Assembly: GCA_044372535.1 (NCBI GenBank)
Contig: JBILRS010000001.1
Coordinates: 1-63,867, forward strand
Reading direction: 5' to 3'
Length of the DNA: 63,867 bases
Source: Rhodoluna sp.
GTDB taxonomy: Bacteria; Actinomycetota; Actinomycetes; Actinomycetales; Microbacteriaceae
Positions 60,177 to 63,867 of this stretch are shown one piece after another. The notes beneath the pieces are model-generated. The model had not been told where the DNA came from. It saw nothing but the letters and a program-made list of their open reading frames with translations, and searched no databases. Position 1 is the first letter of the stretch. Every line of letters starts with the position of its first letter. The translations under genes and the position numbers were made by a program.

Positions 60177-60641
60177 ATGACTTGCGAAACCCTGTGTGGC
60201 ACCACCACCTGTGAAGAACACAGCTCAACACCTAACAACGCCCTGCTGAGCCGCAGAGGCCTCCTGGGCGCATTCGCCGGAATAGTTGCCACGATCGGCT
60301 TCAGTAGTCTCGGTGACTCTGCAATGGCCGCAGCCAAGACCTACGTCGCCTGCAAGACGACCGATATCAAGGTTGGCAGCGCGAAGATCGTGACGATTCC
60401 TAAAACAAGCATCAAAGTTGCCATCACCCAGCCTAAGAAGGGTGTTTTCAAGGCTTTCCAACCGATTTGCACCCACCAGGGAGCCCAAATCACTGGCCTT
60501 TCGGGTAGCAACCTGGTTTGCCGTCAGCACGGAGCAACTTTCAGCATCGCTACCGGCGCTGCCACCGGGGGACCAACCCGAAAGGCTCTGAAGAGCTACA
60601 AGGTGACCGTTTCGGGCACCAGCGTCAGAGTGACTATCTAA
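60177..60641 (+). CDS. Tat-exported Rieske [2Fe-2S] protein
   Basis: LSRRGLLG twin-arginine signal; CTHQG and CRQHGATF Rieske boxes. Confidence 0.9.
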   Translation: MTCETLCGTTTCEEHSSTPNNALLSRRGLLGAFAGIVATIGFSSLGDSAMAAAKTYVACKTTDIKVGSAKIVTIPKTSIKVAITQPKKGVFKAFQPICTHQGAQITGLSGSNLVCRQHGATFSIATGAATGGPTRKALKSYKVTVSGTSVRVTI

Positions 60642-62157
60642 GCGTTTCGCGCAGTCCCGGAATCAAAGCTGGCGAGGCCGAAAGGCTGTCGACTCCCAGC
60701 TTCACCAAAAGCAGCGCCGTTTCTGAATCCGCCGCGGCTTCACCGCAAACACCAACTGGGATTCCTCGACCCTTGGCGATGCTCAAAACCCGCGTGATCA
60801 CTTCAATGACTTTGGGGTCACGAGCGTCCGAAATCTCTGAACCAACCCCGTGTCGGTTTTTGCCGAGCACGTATTGCGAAAGATCGTTTGTTCCGATGCT
60901 TACGAAATCGATCTGCTCGAGGGCTTCGTGAAGCTCATCAACCAGCTCGGGCACCTCGACCATGATGCCGATGTTACGAATGCCGTGAGCCTTCGCTGAC
61001 CGGGCAAACTCATTCGCTTCATGCGCAGTGACCACCATCGGAGCCATCACCCAAAGGTCGCAGTTCGGAACAGCCTCTTGAGCCTTCGAGAGCGCCTCGA
61101 GCTGAGTATCAAGAATTGACTGGTTGGCAAGCAGCATCTGGAAACCGCGGTTGGCATACTTGCCAGAACCCGAGCCGAATAAGAACGGCAGCGGCTTGTC
61201 GGTGTCGGTGTCTAGCACGCGAACGACTACTCGCTGACCCTCAAACGCGCTGAGCAACCTGGTGTATTCGAGCACCTGCTCACCCAAGCTAGGCGGCTCC
61301 TGCCTGCCCAAAAACAACAGCTCTGTTCTGAACAATCCAACGCCCTGAGCGCCGACTCGATGAGCGGCCTCTGCCTCAGCGCTCGAACCGAGGTTTGCCA
61401 AAACCATCACCGGCAACTCCCCAGGCTGAATCGTTGGCAGAACCTCATCTTCGAAACTTTCGTATCTGGCATAGTTTTCGAGTTCGTCAGCGCTTGGCTC
61501 AACAAAAACCTGCCCGCTCGATGCATCAACAATTACCTCGAGACCATCGGTTAGCAGTCCGATCGAGTTCACCCCGACAACCGAAGGAATCTTGACCGAA
61601 CGCAGCACGATTCCGGTGTGACTGGTCGGGGTTCCCGTCCTCGTGATCACCGCAAGAACCAACGCCGGATCCAACTTGGACGCCACCATCGGAGAAATAC
61701 TGTCGGCCACCAAAACATAGGGAGTCGTCGGCATAACAACGGCACCGACCCCGGCAAGGGTGTCGATAACCGTCTCGGCGAGCGCAACCAGATCGTCTGA
61801 GCGTTCGGCGAAGTAACCACCCAAAGACGCCAGCGACCTAGCGAACTGGGCAAATGCCCCGCGAATAGCGCGGTCAGCCGAAACACCATCGGCCAAACGA
61901 GACTTCACCTGCTCGAGCAAAGAAGCATCGCGAAGCATCATGCCGAGAGCGCCCATCACGGCATCGACCTCTTCACGGCCAGAGGCCTGCTCGATGTCAT
62001 CGGCAACAACCTCGATGGCATCGCGAATGGCGGTGAGGTTGTGGCGCGAACCTATCGCGCTCGAAAGCTCGCGCTGAGCTGGGTCTGCCAAGCAAAAAGT
62101 GAGACCAACACCAACGCCGTTACCGACGCCAGCACCAACCAACACTCGCTCTGCCAT
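60634..62157 (-). CDS. ptsI: PTS enzyme I (PEP-protein phosphotransferase)
   Basis: TSHTGI phospho-His, GVGLFRTE, MVEVP, SIGTNDL, VCGE. Confidence 0.92.
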   Translation of the reverse strand: MAERVLVGAGVGNGVGVGLTFCLADPAQRELSSAIGSRHNLTAIRDAIEVVADDIEQASGREEVDAVMGALGMMLRDASLLEQVKSRLADGVSADRAIRGAFAQFARSLASLGGYFAERSDDLVALAETVIDTLAGVGAVVMPTTPYVLVADSISPMVASKLDPALVLAVITRTGTPTSHTGIVLRSVKIPSVVGVNSIGLLTDGLEVIVDASSGQVFVEPSADELENYARYESFEDEVLPTIQPGELPVMVLANLGSSAEAEAAHRVGAQGVGLFRTELLFLGRQEPPSLGEQVLEYTRLLSAFEGQRVVVRVLDTDTDKPLPFLFGSGSGKYANRGFQMLLANQSILDTQLEALSKAQEAVPNCDLWVMAPMVVTAHEANEFARSAKAHGIRNIGIMVEVPELVDELHEALEQIDFVSIGTNDLSQYVLGKNRHGVGSEISDARDPKVIEVITRVLSIAKGRGIPVGVCGEAAADSETALLLVKLGVDSLSASPALIPGLRETLR

Positions 62158-62192
62158 GCGTTCGATTTTACGCTGTGGCTTAAACTTGCCGT

Positions 62193-63002
62193 ATGCCCAA
62201 TAAAGCGATCAGCGTTGCAACCATCAATGTCAACGGTGTCCGCGCTGCGTTCAGAAAAGGCATGGCCGACTGGGTCAAAGCCAACGAGCCAGACATCATC
62301 GCCCTGCAAGAGGTGCGCGCCGACACCAGCGACCTCGAAACTCTTTTCGCCGAACTTGGTGAATGGCACATTCTTCACGACGCCGCGAGCGCAAAGGGTC
62401 GCGCTGGTGTTGCACTACTGAGCCGCAAGCCAGCCTTAGCCAGCCGAACCGTTCTCGGCCCCGATGAGTTTGACTCGGCCGGCCGTTGGCTCGAGGCCGA
62501 CTACGACTTCGGCGGCAAGATTCTCACCGTGATCTCCACCTACGTTCACTCGGGCGAGGTCGACACCCCTAAACAGGTCGAGAAATACAAATTCTTGGAC
62601 GCCATGACAGCCCGCATGAACGAGCTCGTCAAAGATGGCGGAGACGTCGTCGTAGTCGGTGACCTAAACGTTGGCCACACCGAACTAGACATCAAGAACT
62701 GGAAGGGCAACCTCAAGAACGCCGGATTCTTGCCCGAAGAACGCTCCTACTTCGACACCATGATGCAAACCCAGGGTTGGGTCGACATCGGCCGCAACGC
62801 TCACCCAGAGCAACCTGGCCCATACACTTGGTGGTCTTTCCGTGGTCAAGCCTTCGACACCGACGCAGGCTGGCGCATCGACTACCACCTGGCCACCCCG
62901 AGCTTGGCCGCCAAGGCCGCGAACTACAAGGTTCACCGCGCCGACTCTTATGACACCCGCTGGACCGATCACTCCCCCGTCGTAGTCGAATACTCAATCT
63001 AA
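62193..63002 (+). CDS. xthA: Exodeoxyribonuclease III / AP endonuclease
   Basis: NVNGVRA, LQEVR, GDLNVGH, YTWW, GWRIDY, DHSPV. Confidence 0.95.
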   Translation: MPNKAISVATINVNGVRAAFRKGMADWVKANEPDIIALQEVRADTSDLETLFAELGEWHILHDAASAKGRAGVALLSRKPALASRTVLGPDEFDSAGRWLEADYDFGGKILTVISTYVHSGEVDTPKQVEKYKFLDAMTARMNELVKDGGDVVVVGDLNVGHTELDIKNWKGNLKNAGFLPEERSYFDTMMQTQGWVDIGRNAHPEQPGPYTWWSFRGQAFDTDAGWRIDYHLATPSLAAKAANYKVHRADSYDTRWTDHSPVVVEYSI

Positions 63003-63020
63003 TTTTTAGGAAGGTTTCGA

Positions 63021-63867
<847 letters not shown>

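Overview
Core-genome segment of a high-GC, gene-dense actinobacterium, most consistent with a streamlined freshwater Microbacteriaceae lineage (Aquiluna/Rhodoluna-like; inferred from gene content and compactness, not from a database search). It follows the conserved actinobacterial gene order whiB1-pdtaS-Rv3235-secA-comF-lpqB-mtrBA-ahcY-manB-whiB2 ... LCP-purEK-birA-accD-maf-accA-pnp-pgm-add ... sdhCDAB ... xthA-trpS, with one tRNA-Lys(CTT), a cell-wall glycopolymer cluster and a few single-gene accessory insertions. I see no integrase, transposase, prophage, CRISPR array or rRNA. The most interesting signals are small: (1) a 21-aa Cys-rich ORF missing from the ORF track, with its own SD, ahead of cdd-deoA-malY and with possible alternative RNA pairings (Cys attenuator or micro-metallothionein); (2) DnaA-box-like 9-mers at almost the same distance upstream of two consecutive starts in an orphan SAF/CpaE-like ATPase module; (3) an 18-bp in-frame duplication in the MtrA DNA-binding domain; (4) apparently degenerate enzymes (His-less kinase pair, DxD-less GT2); (5) PTS EI/IIA/IIB with no IIC in the window; (6) pervasive leaderless promoter architecture. 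All family assignments come from recognising motifs and gene order, not from running searches.
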